UHGV virus genome: UHGV-0332176
Length of the DNA stretch: 64,000 nt
Source of the DNA: a virus
Reading direction: 5' to 3' (one strand)
In this document: in pieces, positions 38,998-48,144 of the stretch
How the letters are laid out: the number at the start of each line of letters is the position of its first letter
How positions within the stretch are numbered: the stretch's first letter is position 1
Position numbers and translations under genes: made by a program
The notes under the pieces: model-generated
Database searches by the model: none
Seen by the model: only the letters and a program-made list of their open reading frames with translations
Told to the model about the DNA's origin: nothing

Positions 38998-40257
38998 ATG
39001 AAAAAAATTAAATGGTCAGCTTTAATAACAATGATTGTTTCATTGTTAATTTCAATAGTTTCTGGATATTGTACAGTTGTAGGTATGGGAAATGTTTTTA
39101 TTTCAGCTGCATCAGTAACAATGTTTATTGCATCAGTTATTGAATTGGGTCGTGTTGTTTTAATTTATGATTTACACCATTATTGGGATAAAATGAAATT
39201 ATATCAAAAAATTCCTGGTGTCTGTATGTTATTAGTTGCCATTACTTTATCTGCAATGGGTATTTTTGGTTTTATGTCTAATGCTCATTCTCAACGAACC
39301 CAAGAAATTATTCCTATTGAAATGGAAATAAAACAAAAACAAACTGAAATTAAAATTTTAAATGATGCTATTTTAATTAATAATCAACAATTAAATCAAT
39401 TTAATAACAAAGCATTAGACAAATATACAGAAATGGGTTATGTAACAAAAGCTGTTAATTTACAAAAAGAACAGCAAAAAATTACAGATAAATTATATGA
39501 TGATAATAGACAAAAACAAAATGAAATTACAAAATTAAATCAAGAAATATTAAATTTACAATTAACGGCTGAACAAAAAGCTCCAACATTAGCCCATTTA
39601 AAATATTATGCAAAATTATTTAATGTTGATAATGATACAGCCATAATAATTTTTATTGTAATGATAATGACGGTATTTGATACATTAGCAATGTATTTAA
39701 TGATTACTTCTGATTGGATTTCAAAATTAGATGATGAAATTAAAATTATAAATAATAATCAAATAAATTATGATACAAATGAATTAAATAAAATTGAAAC
39801 AAAACTTAATCAACTCTTGGATATGAAGCCAATAGAAAAAATTAATAATAATCAAGATATTGATTTTTCACCTGTTTTTAATGCAATAAAGCAAGATTCA
39901 GATTATCAAATTGATTCATTAAAAAAGGTTGTAAATGAAAATAGTAAAATAACTATTAATAAATTAAATGAAGAATTTATTAAATTACAAAATAATTTAA
40001 AAGATAATACACTTATTGATAAATTGACAACAATTGAAGAAAATTTAAAAGAAGTTCAAAATAAATCTAATAAAATTGAAGTTAATAATATTGACGAACA
40101 ACTTGATAATTTGATAAACTCCATTAATGATAATGATAGTATCATTGGAACAAACTCATTTAAAAAATATATTTTAGATAATCCGTTAGTATTAGATTAT
40201 TTAAAAGATTATTTTAAAAATGATAAAAAAGTATTAACAAAATTAAATAAATTATAA
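38998..40257 (+). CDS. membrane protein with a long coiled-coil region
   Basis: Multiple N-terminal TM helices, then a Q/N/K-rich coiled coil. Confidence 0.5.
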   Translation: MKKIKWSALITMIVSLLISIVSGYCTVVGMGNVFISAASVTMFIASVIELGRVVLIYDLHHYWDKMKLYQKIPGVCMLLVAITLSAMGIFGFMSNAHSQRTQEIIPIEMEIKQKQTEIKILNDAILINNQQLNQFNNKALDKYTEMGYVTKAVNLQKEQQKITDKLYDDNRQKQNEITKLNQEILNLQLTAEQKAPTLAHLKYYAKLFNVDNDTAIIIFIVMIMTVFDTLAMYLMITSDWISKLDDEIKIINNNQINYDTNELNKIETKLNQLLDMKPIEKINNNQDIDFSPVFNAIKQDSDYQIDSLKKVVNENSKITINKLNEEFIKLQNNLKDNTLIDKLTTIEENLKEVQNKSNKIEVNNIDEQLDNLINSINDNDSIIGTNSFKKYILDNPLVLDYLKDYFKNDKKVLTKLNKL

Positions 40258-40270
40258 TTAGTGAGGGAAA

Positions 40271-40492
40271 ATGAAAACATATAATCCAAAAAAATCTGGA
40301 AATGTCATTTATGTTATAGATAATGATATTACAAAAGCATTAAATAGATTACGTCACGAAACTGCACCTTTATTAAAAGAATTAAAGATGAAAAGATTTT
40401 TTGAATCAAATTCTGAAAAGAAAAGACGTAAAAAGAAAGAAGCAATTGCTCGTGAAAAAATGAGACAACGAAAAGCTGAAATGTTTTTTTAA
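40271..40492 (+). CDS. rpsU: ribosomal protein bS21 homolog (phage-encoded)
   Basis: VIYVIDNDITKALNRLRHETAPLLKELKMKRFFESNSEKKRRKKKEAIAREKMRQRK follows the S21 pattern (V.V..NE....ALRRFKR.....G.L.E.RRR.YEKPS..RKRK...A). Confidence 0.6.
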   Translation: MKTYNPKKSGNVIYVIDNDITKALNRLRHETAPLLKELKMKRFFESNSEKKRRKKKEAIAREKMRQRKAEMFF

Positions 40493-40494
40493 TA

Positions 40495-40536
40495 TGAAAA
40501 AATGATTCTTTTAAAAAGAATCATTTTTTATTTTTG
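40495..40536 (+). terminator. rho-independent terminator
   Basis: gaaaaaatgattctttttaaaaagaatcatttttt. Confidence 0.7.
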
Positions 40537-40714
40537 CATACCTCTTAATGTTTGTGATATTATTCAAATATCAAGAAAATCCTTGATAAATACGTATTGT
40601 GGGGATTTAGAAAAGCTAATAGAATTTTTACAGACAAGCATTTAGAAAAGCTAATAGAATTTTTTTAGAAACGCACAATAGACAAGCAAATAGACAAGCA
40701 TTTAGGAGAGAAAA

Positions 40715-41845
40715 ATGAATACAATTGAAGAATTAAGAAAAAAAATTAACGCTAAAGTTGCAAAAGCAGAATCTAATACATCAACTCTTGGTGGTACAAT
40801 TTTCCCATTTAATACATTAAAAGCAGGTGATACCGTAACCATTCGTTTTATTAATGATGGTGAAGATAATGATGTGTTTTGGCGTGAACGTAGAACAAGA
40901 ACATTTGAATTTCCATCAGTAAAGCAAGCTAATGGTCAAGTAATATATAATAGATGTTTCGTAGATGTTCCAGCATTTAATTTAAAATATGATGAAGTAA
41001 TTTATAGTGATTTACCAGAAGATTATCTATATAAATCTGAAGATGATGTTATTCAAAAAAGAATTAAAGGATTTTGGGGTGAAACTGATGAAGAAAAAGC
41101 ATTATATTATAAATTTGCTAGAAGAAAATCTTATGTATTTCAAGGTTTTATAAGAAGTGGATATGAAAATAATAAAGCATTAGAACCAAATAAACTTTAT
41201 CGTTTTTATATTGGCGAAGATTTATTTAATGCTATTAAGACTTTCTTAAATCCACAAATGGGTATTAATTGTATGCCAACTGACCCTGAAAACGGTTTAG
41301 ATTTTATTTTATCAGTTACAAGTAAAAAATCTGGTAATAAAGAGTTTAAAGATTATTCAATTTCTCAATGGGCAAGAGCAAATTCTTCATTAACTAATGA
41401 TGAAAAAACTGCATTAGAAATTAATAAACCATTTGTATTAAAGAATTTTATTTTTAAAAGACCAACTGCTGAAGAAGAAAATGTTATGATGGAAATGTTT
41501 GAAGCATCATATAATTCTGAACCTTATGATGTTGTAAAATGGAGTAAATTTTTTAAACCAAATAATGTATTTTTTGATGCAGATGGTAATATTAAAGATT
41601 TAAAATCAAATACTAATGCTACTACTCAAGCAAGAGAAATACCTACAAGTCAAGTACAACAATTTGTTCAAGAAACTGTTAGTACAACAGTTCAACAACC
41701 TATTGTTCAACAAACTGTTGTTCAGCAACCAACTATGACTGCTCCACAAATTATTTCTCAACATACTGAAGCAGTAAGTGGTGAAAATCCAAAAGATGTT
41801 ATTAATAGTATTTTAGGAAAATATAATATTCAAACAAATAACTAA
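40715..41845 (+). CDS. gp32: single-stranded DNA-binding protein, T4 gp32-like
   Basis: TIFPFNTLKAGDTVTIRFIN, YRFYIGEDLFNAIKTFL and GINCMPTDPENGLDFILSVTSKKSGNKEFKDYSISQW align with the T4 gp32 core ([43 protein letters not shown]). Confidence 0.6.
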   Translation: MNTIEELRKKINAKVAKAESNTSTLGGTIFPFNTLKAGDTVTIRFINDGEDNDVFWRERRTRTFEFPSVKQANGQVIYNRCFVDVPAFNLKYDEVIYSDLPEDYLYKSEDDVIQKRIKGFWGETDEEKALYYKFARRKSYVFQGFIRSGYENNKALEPNKLYRFYIGEDLFNAIKTFLNPQMGINCMPTDPENGLDFILSVTSKKSGNKEFKDYSISQWARANSSLTNDEKTALEINKPFVLKNFIFKRPTAEEENVMMEMFEASYNSEPYDVVKWSKFFKPNNVFFDADGNIKDLKSNTNATTQAREIPTSQVQQFVQETVSTTVQQPIVQQTVVQQPTMTAPQIISQHTEAVSGENPKDVINSILGKYNIQTNN

Positions 41846-41931
41846 TCAAAATTAATAAGTCGGGGAAAATAATATTGTTTTATTTTCCCGAAATAAATTA
41901 TAATTTAATTATTAACTAAGGAGAATATTAT

Positions 41932-43017
41932 ATGAGACCAATTGATATTAGTAAATTTCAAAAAAGTGCATTAAAAAATGTTGATGGTATTTCAGCAGGT
42001 TTTAGTAATCCAGATACTTGGATACATACAGGAAACTATGCTTTAAATTTTAGAGTTTCTGGTGATTTTTATAAAGGATTTCCGCTTGAAGGTAAAATGA
42101 CATTATTAGCTGGTGATTCTGGAACAGGTAAATCATATATTGCTATTGGTAATATTGCTAAATGGTGTCAAGATAATAATGTATTACCTTTAATTATAGA
42201 TACAGAAAATGCTTTAGATAGAGATTGGGTTGAAGCATTTAATTTTGACCCAGATGGATATTGTTTATATTATCGTGCATCTATTTTAGATAAAATTGCA
42301 GGTATTATGTCTGATTTTATTGAAGGATATAAAAAAGAATATTCAGATATGCCATATAATGAAAGACCTAAAGTTCTAATTATTATTGATTCATTAGGTA
42401 TGGCAATTACACCAACTGAACAAAAGCAATTTGAAGATGGAGATATGAAAGGCGATTTAGGTCGTAAACAAAAACAAATCTATTCAATTTGTCGTAATTT
42501 TATGGCTTCTTGTGGAGCAGAACCAATTGGTATGTTATGTACTCAACATACTTATGCATCACAAGATTTATTTAATCCTGATGCTGTTATTGCAGGTGGT
42601 AAAGGTCTTGAGTTCACACCATCTATTGTTATAGCAATGTCAAAAAATAAATTAAAAGAAGATGAAGATGGTAAAAAAACTACTGATGTTAAAGGTATTA
42701 AAGTAAGAGCGACTGTTAGAAAAACAAGATATACACAACCATTTCAAGATGTAAAATTTAATATCCCTTGGGATAGTGGTATGGACCCATATTCAGGATT
42801 ATTTGAATTATTTGCTGAACAATTAATGTTTAAAGGAAAATATATTCTTTCAAAAGAAGGTTCTTGGGTTGCATATTATTCACTACATACAGGTGAACAA
42901 ATTTTCAAAAAATATCGTAAAGATATTACCAATGAAGATTATGATATGATTATGAAAGATTATGTAAATGCCACTTCTTCAACTTTATTAGTTACAGAAG
43001 AAGGTAATAAAGAATAA
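41932..43017 (+). CDS. uvsX: RecA-like recombinase UvsX
   Basis: Walker A GDSGTGKSY. IIDSLGMAITP, CTQHTYASQ, AGGKGLEFTPSIV and GMDPYSGLFEL match T4 UvsX (IDSLGNLAS, INHTYET, GGGTGPMYSADTV, GIDPYSGLLD). Confidence 0.8.
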   Translation: MRPIDISKFQKSALKNVDGISAGFSNPDTWIHTGNYALNFRVSGDFYKGFPLEGKMTLLAGDSGTGKSYIAIGNIAKWCQDNNVLPLIIDTENALDRDWVEAFNFDPDGYCLYYRASILDKIAGIMSDFIEGYKKEYSDMPYNERPKVLIIIDSLGMAITPTEQKQFEDGDMKGDLGRKQKQIYSICRNFMASCGAEPIGMLCTQHTYASQDLFNPDAVIAGGKGLEFTPSIVIAMSKNKLKEDEDGKKTTDVKGIKVRATVRKTRYTQPFQDVKFNIPWDSGMDPYSGLFELFAEQLMFKGKYILSKEGSWVAYYSLHTGEQIFKKYRKDITNEDYDMIMKDYVNATSSTLLVTEEGNKE

Positions 43018-43025
43018 AAAAGTTC

Positions 43026-43060
43026 TTGACAAATATTTTTTTCTAATATATCTTATACTC
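43026..43060 (+). promoter_or_regulatory. early promoter (aaaaaGTTCTTGACA family)
   Basis: aaaaagttcTTGACAaatattttttctaatatatcttatact upstream of 43103. Confidence 0.5.
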
Positions 43061-43102
43061 ATCAAAGCAATTTGATGAGTTTATTTTTAAAGGAAATTAA
43101 TA

Positions 43103-43324
43103 ATGCCATTTAGTATTTTTTGTGTTCTTTTGACAATAGGTATCGTTAGTTTTGGTATCTGTCGTTATAAAAATTGGGTAACTAAAGAAAATTTTAATCA
43201 GAAGTTACTTGAAAATAAAAAATTTATGGATATGTATAAAGAATATGAAGATTTTGTATCAAAATATCCAGAATTTGAAAAAGAAAAAAATGTTATTGAA
43301 AAATTTATGAAAGGGAAAAAATAA
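43103..43324 (+). CDS. small membrane protein
   Basis: N-terminal TM helix, 73 aa. Confidence 0.45.
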   Translation: MPFSIFCVLLTIGIVSFGICRYKNWVTKENFNQKLLENKKFMDMYKEYEDFVSKYPEFEKEKNVIEKFMKGKK

Positions 43325-44478
43325 TGATTAAACAATTTGTGGGAATTTTTGGAATTATTGGAGCAGTAGTTGCAATTTTTTGTTCTGCTTCTTTATTTGA
43401 AACAAACACTTTTGGTAATTATCAAATTAAACAAGCAGCAATGTCTGGAACAATTTCAGTAAGAAATGATGCTGGTTTATATTGGCAAGGTTTTGGTTCA
43501 ATTACCACTTATCCAGTATCTGAAGATATTGATTTTGAAAAACAGAAATTAGAAGTTCGTTTTAATGATGGTTCAGTTGCACAAGTTATTGGTACTGTTA
43601 AATTTAAGATGCCTTCAAATCCTGAAAAACAAAAAGAATTACATAGAGATTATGGAAATTATGCGAATGTTGAAAGAGATTTAATTGTTCGTAATGTAAG
43701 TGAAGCTCTATCTAATACTGCAACATATATGGTAGCTGAAGATTCTTATGCTTCTGGTCGTGCTGTCTTTTCAGATTTAGCTATGCAACAATTAAAAGAA
43801 GGTATTTTTAAAACATCTACAAAAACTGTTGAAGTTGTTGATACTGATGGAACAAAATTTAAGAAAAAGGAAATTCGTGTAGTTTATGATGAAAATGGTA
43901 ATCCTGTTATCCAAAAACCTTCTTTACTTAAACATTACGGCATTGAAATTCTTCAATTTGTTGTTAATGACTTCAAATATGACGCAAAAATTGATGATTT
44001 GATTGCCCGTAAGAAAGACGCTGAACAAAATAAAGTTGTAGCTATGGCAAATGCCGAAAAAGCAAAGCAGGATGCTATTACAGCTGAAGAACAAGGTAAA
44101 GCAAAAATTGCTGAAGCTAAAGCCCAAGCAGAAGTTGCAAAAATTACCGCTGTTGTTGAAGCTCAAAAGAAAGCAGAAGTTGCAAAATTAGAAGCTGAAC
44201 AAGCAAAATATGAAGCTCAAAAGATTGCTGAAAAAGGTAAAGCAGAAGCAGAAGTTGCAAAACAAAAAGTTGCTGCTGGTTTAACTCCACTTGAAAAAGC
44301 AACTATTGAAAAAGAAACTGCCATCGGTGTTGCTCAACAGTTAGCAAATGTTAAATTCCCTGATACAATGGTTATTAGTGGTGGTTCAGATGGAAAAGCT
44401 AATCCTTGGGATGCGGTTGGTTTGAATCAAATGATGGAAATTACTTCTAAAATTAAAAATGCTAAAATGATTCAGTAA
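43324..44478 (+). CDS. SPFH/band-7 (prohibitin/flotillin-like) membrane protein with an Ala/Lys-rich coiled-coil tail
   Basis: N-terminal TM helix, a band-7 core, and a C-terminal AKIAEAKAQAEVAKITAVVEAQKKAEVAKLEAEQAKYEAQKIAEKGKAEAEVAK. Confidence 0.6.
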   Translation: MIKQFVGIFGIIGAVVAIFCSASLFETNTFGNYQIKQAAMSGTISVRNDAGLYWQGFGSITTYPVSEDIDFEKQKLEVRFNDGSVAQVIGTVKFKMPSNPEKQKELHRDYGNYANVERDLIVRNVSEALSNTATYMVAEDSYASGRAVFSDLAMQQLKEGIFKTSTKTVEVVDTDGTKFKKKEIRVVYDENGNPVIQKPSLLKHYGIEILQFVVNDFKYDAKIDDLIARKKDAEQNKVVAMANAEKAKQDAITAEEQGKAKIAEAKAQAEVAKITAVVEAQKKAEVAKLEAEQAKYEAQKIAEKGKAEAEVAKQKVAAGLTPLEKATIEKETAIGVAQQLANVKFPDTMVISGGSDGKANPWDAVGLNQMMEITSKIKNAKMIQ

Positions 44479-44482
44479 AATA

Positions 44483-44510
44483 AAGGTGGGTTATAACCCA
44501 CCTTTTTTGT
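44483..44510 (+). terminator. rho-independent terminator
   Basis: aggtgggttataacccaccttttttg. Confidence 0.75.
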
Positions 44511-44538
44511 TGACAATATATTTTTTCTGATATATTAT
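44510..44538 (+). promoter_or_regulatory. sigma70-like promoter
   Basis: TTGACAatatattttttctgataTATTAT. Confidence 0.5.
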
Positions 44539-44566
44539 CATTTAACATTAAATAAAGGAGAAATTA

Positions 44567-44746
44567 ATGGGAATTAATGCTATAAAATTTATTTTAGAAA
44601 AATGTGAAAGAATGATTAGAGAAGCTGATTATGAATATGATTGTGAAAATGAATTAAAATCTTGGTGGGATGAATATACTAAAAAACCAAGCGTATATGA
44701 ACAATGGAAAGAACGGGCTTCAAAAATTCGGAAATATCAAAGATAA
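44567..44746 (+). CDS. unlisted small ORF (59 aa) with a strong RBS
   Basis: aaaggag, 7 nt spacer, then ATG. Translation: MGINAIKFILEKCERMIREADYEYDCENELKSWWDEYTKKPSVYEQWKERASKIRKYQR. It is absent from the supplied ORF track (below its size cutoff) but fills an otherwise empty gap downstream of a promoter. Confidence 0.5.
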   Translation: MGINAIKFILEKCERMIREADYEYDCENELKSWWDEYTKKPSVYEQWKERASKIRKYQR

Positions 44747-44809
44747 TTATTTTTGATTTTTATTTAAAGTGATGATAAATTATTATGTGTTTATTATAGG
44801 AGATTTTTT

Positions 44810-45043
44810 ATGAGAGACGAAGATATATATTATATTTGGAATATTTTAAAAGAATTCATTCAAATTAAAGATAGAGAAGAAGCAGCATTAGCTATGCTTG
44901 AATATGTTTATAATAATGATGGAGATGTTGGATTAATTAAAGATACAGCTCAAGAAGAAGACGATGAATTTTTATCAAAATTAATTGAAAAACATCGTGA
45001 AGATTTATTAGATGAATATGATGAACCAGAGGAAGATTGGTAA
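44810..45043 (+). CDS. small acidic protein
   Basis: 77 aa, D/E-rich. Confidence 0.45.
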   Translation: MRDEDIYYIWNILKEFIQIKDREEAALAMLEYVYNNDGDVGLIKDTAQEEDDEFLSKLIEKHREDLLDEYDEPEEDW

Positions 45044-45501
45044 AAATGGAATATTTTAAATTAATTAAAAAAGATGAAACTAAATTAGAAGATGTATTAA
45101 ATCATTTTAATGAAGAATATGAAATTGCTCGTGAAGAAATTAAAATTAAAGGAAAATTAAATAGATGTATTGCAGAATTGCCATCATTATTTGAAATTAG
45201 ATTTTCTCAATTACAAGAATTAGAAGCAATTTTAGCTTATTTTACAAATAAATTAAATGGTTTAAGAGGTTCTATTTACAGACAACTTCAGGAACATTCA
45301 AAAAGACAATTAACATCAACTGATATAAAACAGTATGTTGATAGTGATGATAAAGTATTAGCAATGCAAACAATTATTAATGAAATTGCATTGGTTAGAA
45401 ATAAATTTATTTCTTTATCTAAAGGATTTGAAACAAAAAATTGGCAATTAAGTAATTTAACAAAATTACAATGTGCAGGTTTAGATGATATTCAAATTTA
45501 A
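45037..45501 (+). CDS. uvsY: possible UvsY-like recombination mediator
   Basis: It sits near uvsX and gp32. DKVLAMQTIINEIAL..LSKGFETKNWQLSNL is loosely similar to T4 UvsY (DKDVLKVDTSLQYWGILL..IKSRGFAIKHIQDM). Weak evidence. Confidence 0.35.
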   Translation: MVKMEYFKLIKKDETKLEDVLNHFNEEYEIAREEIKIKGKLNRCIAELPSLFEIRFSQLQELEAILAYFTNKLNGLRGSIYRQLQEHSKRQLTSTDIKQYVDSDDKVLAMQTIINEIALVRNKFISLSKGFETKNWQLSNLTKLQCAGLDDIQI

Positions 45502-45513
45502 TTGTGAGGAATT

Positions 45514-45921
45514 ATGAAAGTTTATACAAAAGTTAAAACACATTATAATCATAGTGATGTTGGTATTGTTTTATTAAGTGATAAAAATGATATTTATTTA
45601 CAAGAAGGATTTAAAATACAAAATACTGATAATATTGAAGCACATACATATGGAATTAAACGAGCTTTAAGTTTTGTTAAAAATATGAAACCTTTATATG
45701 CAAAAAATGATTTAGAAGTATTAATACCTGAAGATGTAAATGAAAAATTATTTCAATCAAGATTAAAAACAGATTCTTATATTTCTTATATTCAAGAAAA
45801 TTTGAATATTAAAATTATCCCTCAACAAACCATATTAGAGAATGATGAATATTTCAAAATGATTGCAGGGCATCAATTATTAAATATGAATATTCCTTTA
45901 TTATCAACAAAAGAAAGATAG
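45514..45921 (+). CDS. hypothetical protein
   Basis: 135 aa. Confidence 0.45.
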   Translation: MKVYTKVKTHYNHSDVGIVLLSDKNDIYLQEGFKIQNTDNIEAHTYGIKRALSFVKNMKPLYAKNDLEVLIPEDVNEKLFQSRLKTDSYISYIQENLNIKIIPQQTILENDEYFKMIAGHQLLNMNIPLLSTKER

Positions 45922-45945
45922 TAAATAACTAAAAAGGATATTTTA

Positions 45946-46182
45946 ATGAATAAAGAACAAGCATATTTAAGCATTATTAATGCAACAATAAAAACATTAA
46001 ATGAATGTATTCAACGTATGGATTCTCATATTAGAAATTATTCTCAAACCCATCAAGTTTCTTCTAAAGAAAGCGATGAACATATGACTTATGTTGAAAA
46101 TGTTGTAAAAGTATTAACACGAATTGCAAAAGTAATAAGTTCCAGAGCAGATACTGTTTACAAAGCTGGAAAATATGATTAA
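45946..46182 (+). CDS. hypothetical small protein
   Basis: 78 aa. Confidence 0.45.
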   Translation: MNKEQAYLSIINATIKTLNECIQRMDSHIRNYSQTHQVSSKESDEHMTYVENVVKVLTRIAKVISSRADTVYKAGKYD

Positions 46183-46248
46183 GTTAAATAAATATTTAAA
46201 GATAATAAAATAAATTGTTATCTGTATAATTTATTTAAGGAGAATTTT

Positions 46249-47010
46249 ATGGGAAGACCTCTTGCTGGTTTTGGATTTTTTAATGCCGAAAAAAGATTCG
46301 ATGCTGAAACAGAAAACTTTGAAAAAGTTAAAATTCACGCATTTTTAGAACAAGATGCTGAACCATCTGCTTGGGTTGCTAATACTCAATATAATGTTGG
46401 TGATAAAGTTAAAAATGGTTCAAAATATTATGTTTGTAAAACAGCAAATTCACAATCATCATTTTTAGCTGTTGAAGCTACTCCTGCTGCTTGGAAAGCA
46501 TCAACATTATATCACGTTGGTGATAAAGTTTCTAATGCTGGTTCAAATTATATTTGTAAAACTGAACATACATCAACTGATGATTTTTCTGCTGATTCTG
46601 CTAATTGGGATGCTTATACATTAATTACTTATTGGACAGAATATACATTAGGTGGTGGAGCAATTGAAGATTGTAAAATTATTAAACAAACAGGTTTTAA
46701 TAAATATTTAGTTTCTGCTTCTGCTGATGAAAATCGTCAAGGTATTGTTATGTTAGTTGACAAAACTGATGCAACAGTAGCTGGAACTGCTTATATTACA
46801 ATTACTAAGTTAGCAGATTCATCAACAAAATATGCAAGAAAAATTGTTAGAAATATTATTGAAACATTTGATGGTGAAGCATTAGCATATCAATATGATT
46901 TAACAGAAACAGATGGCGTTTTTGCAGGTGCATTTAATAAAGATAAAACTGTTACTGAATGTTATCCTGAAGTTTTTGCATCAGCTAAATCTAAATCAAG
47001 AAAAAAATAA
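46249..47010 (+). CDS. protein with two tandem CBM5/12-like carbohydrate-binding repeats
   Basis: AWVANTQYNVGDKVKNGSKYYVCKTANSQSS and AWKASTLYHVGDKVSNAGSNYICKTEHTSTDDFSADSANW match CBM5/12 (AW.a.T.Y..GD.V.y.G..Y.C...HTS....P...W). The codon usage is GC-richer, suggesting high expression. Confidence 0.55.
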   Translation: MGRPLAGFGFFNAEKRFDAETENFEKVKIHAFLEQDAEPSAWVANTQYNVGDKVKNGSKYYVCKTANSQSSFLAVEATPAAWKASTLYHVGDKVSNAGSNYICKTEHTSTDDFSADSANWDAYTLITYWTEYTLGGGAIEDCKIIKQTGFNKYLVSASADENRQGIVMLVDKTDATVAGTAYITITKLADSSTKYARKIVRNIIETFDGEALAYQYDLTETDGVFAGAFNKDKTVTECYPEVFASAKSKSRKK

Positions 47011-47083
47011 AAAATATTGAAATTATATAAAAATAAACCTATTATTAATTTAATAGGTTTATTTTTTATAAGGAGAAATATAT

Positions 47084-47575
47084 ATGACAATTAGAGTTGG
47101 TAAATTTGAAAAAATTAGTTTAAAACAATGGCATAAAGATTATCTTTCATTAGATGATAAAATGCTTAATGAAATCATTAAAATTCCAACAAGAGCAACA
47201 AAAGGTTCAGCAGGTTACGATATTGTAACTCCATTTGATATTGATTTAAAAGTTGGTGAATCTATGAAAGTTCCAACAGGATTAAAATGTAAAGTTGATA
47301 ATGGTTGGTTTCTTGGTATTTTTCCAAAATCAGGGCTTGGTTTTAAATATTCATTAAGATTGGGTAATTCTATTGGAGTTATTGATGAAGATTATTATAA
47401 TAATGAAAATAATGAAGGTCATATTTGGGTAAAAATTCAAAATGATGGTGATAAAGATTTTCATTTAGATGCAGGAAAAGCATTTTGTCAAGGTATTTTT
47501 TTGCCATATGGAATTACTTATGATGATGAATCAGAAGGCGTAAGAATTGGTGGGTTAGGCTCAACTAATGCTTAA
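47084..47575 (+). CDS. dut: dUTPase
   Basis: ATKGSAGYDI (motif 1/2), PKSGLGFK (motif 3), GVIDEDY (motif 4) and RIGGLGSTNA (motif 5). Confidence 0.7.
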   Translation: MTIRVGKFEKISLKQWHKDYLSLDDKMLNEIIKIPTRATKGSAGYDIVTPFDIDLKVGESMKVPTGLKCKVDNGWFLGIFPKSGLGFKYSLRLGNSIGVIDEDYYNNENNEGHIWVKIQNDGDKDFHLDAGKAFCQGIFLPYGITYDDESEGVRIGGLGSTNA

Positions 47576-47604
47576 AAAAGAGAGGATTAATCCTCTCTTT
47601 TTAA
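47574..47604. terminator. bidirectional hairpin terminator
   Basis: aaaaagagaggattaatcctctcttttt, between convergent genes. Confidence 0.75.
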
Positions 47605-48050
47605 TATCCACAAGCATACCAGTTAGCCATTTGGATTGATTCATTATAAGTGCTATTAATATACCAACGAATTTTAACACTATCATTTTTAAATGAATAA
47701 AATCCCATCATTGCTGTACATAAACCATTACCTTCATTATCTCTATCTGTTCTAAAAGGTGTAGCAAATATTTGATAATTGACATTTGAAAAATTAATTA
47801 AAAAATTAATATTAGCTCCACCTAAATCTTTAATAAATGAACCATAATTATATACTCCGCCTTGTTCAATCCATCCATCATTCCATTTACGATACCATTG
47901 AGTATTATTTTCATTAGAACCAGATTCAATAACATATTTCATTGAATCTAATTTATTATTAATAATATTAAAATTGTTATTAATTTCATTTAATTTATCA
48001 ATTAATTTATCAACACGTGAAATAGGTAATTTACTTGTATCTGCCATCAT
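47601..48050 (-). CDS. small late protein, paralog family A
   Basis: MMADTSKLPISRVDKLIDKLNEI...WYRKWNDGWIEQGG. Paralogous to 28545 and 32053. Confidence 0.6.
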   Translation of the reverse strand: MMADTSKLPISRVDKLIDKLNEINNNFNIINNKLDSMKYVIESGSNENNTQWYRKWNDGWIEQGGVYNYGSFIKDLGGANINFLINFSNVNYQIFATPFRTDRDNEGNGLCTAMMGFYSFKNDSVKIRWYINSTYNESIQMANWYACGY

Positions 48051-48058
48051 TTATCCCC

Positions 48059-48087
48059 TTTGTTTGTATTTAATAAATACAAACAAA
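48059..48087. promoter_or_regulatory. 29-bp perfect palindrome in the divergent intergenic region upstream of 47601..48050
   Basis: tttgtttgtatttaataaatacaaacaaa, identical to 32541-32569. Confidence 0.55.
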
Positions 48088-48144
48088 CTTTATAAAGCAA
48101 ATCCAAAGGAATAAATATTATTATATTAATAGGAGAATATAATA

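Noticed and set aside
43924-44166. Minus-strand ORF inside the SPFH gene
   Set aside because: Antisense to the Ala/Lys-rich coiled-coil region. Its Cys/Phe-rich translation is typical of reverse-frame noise.
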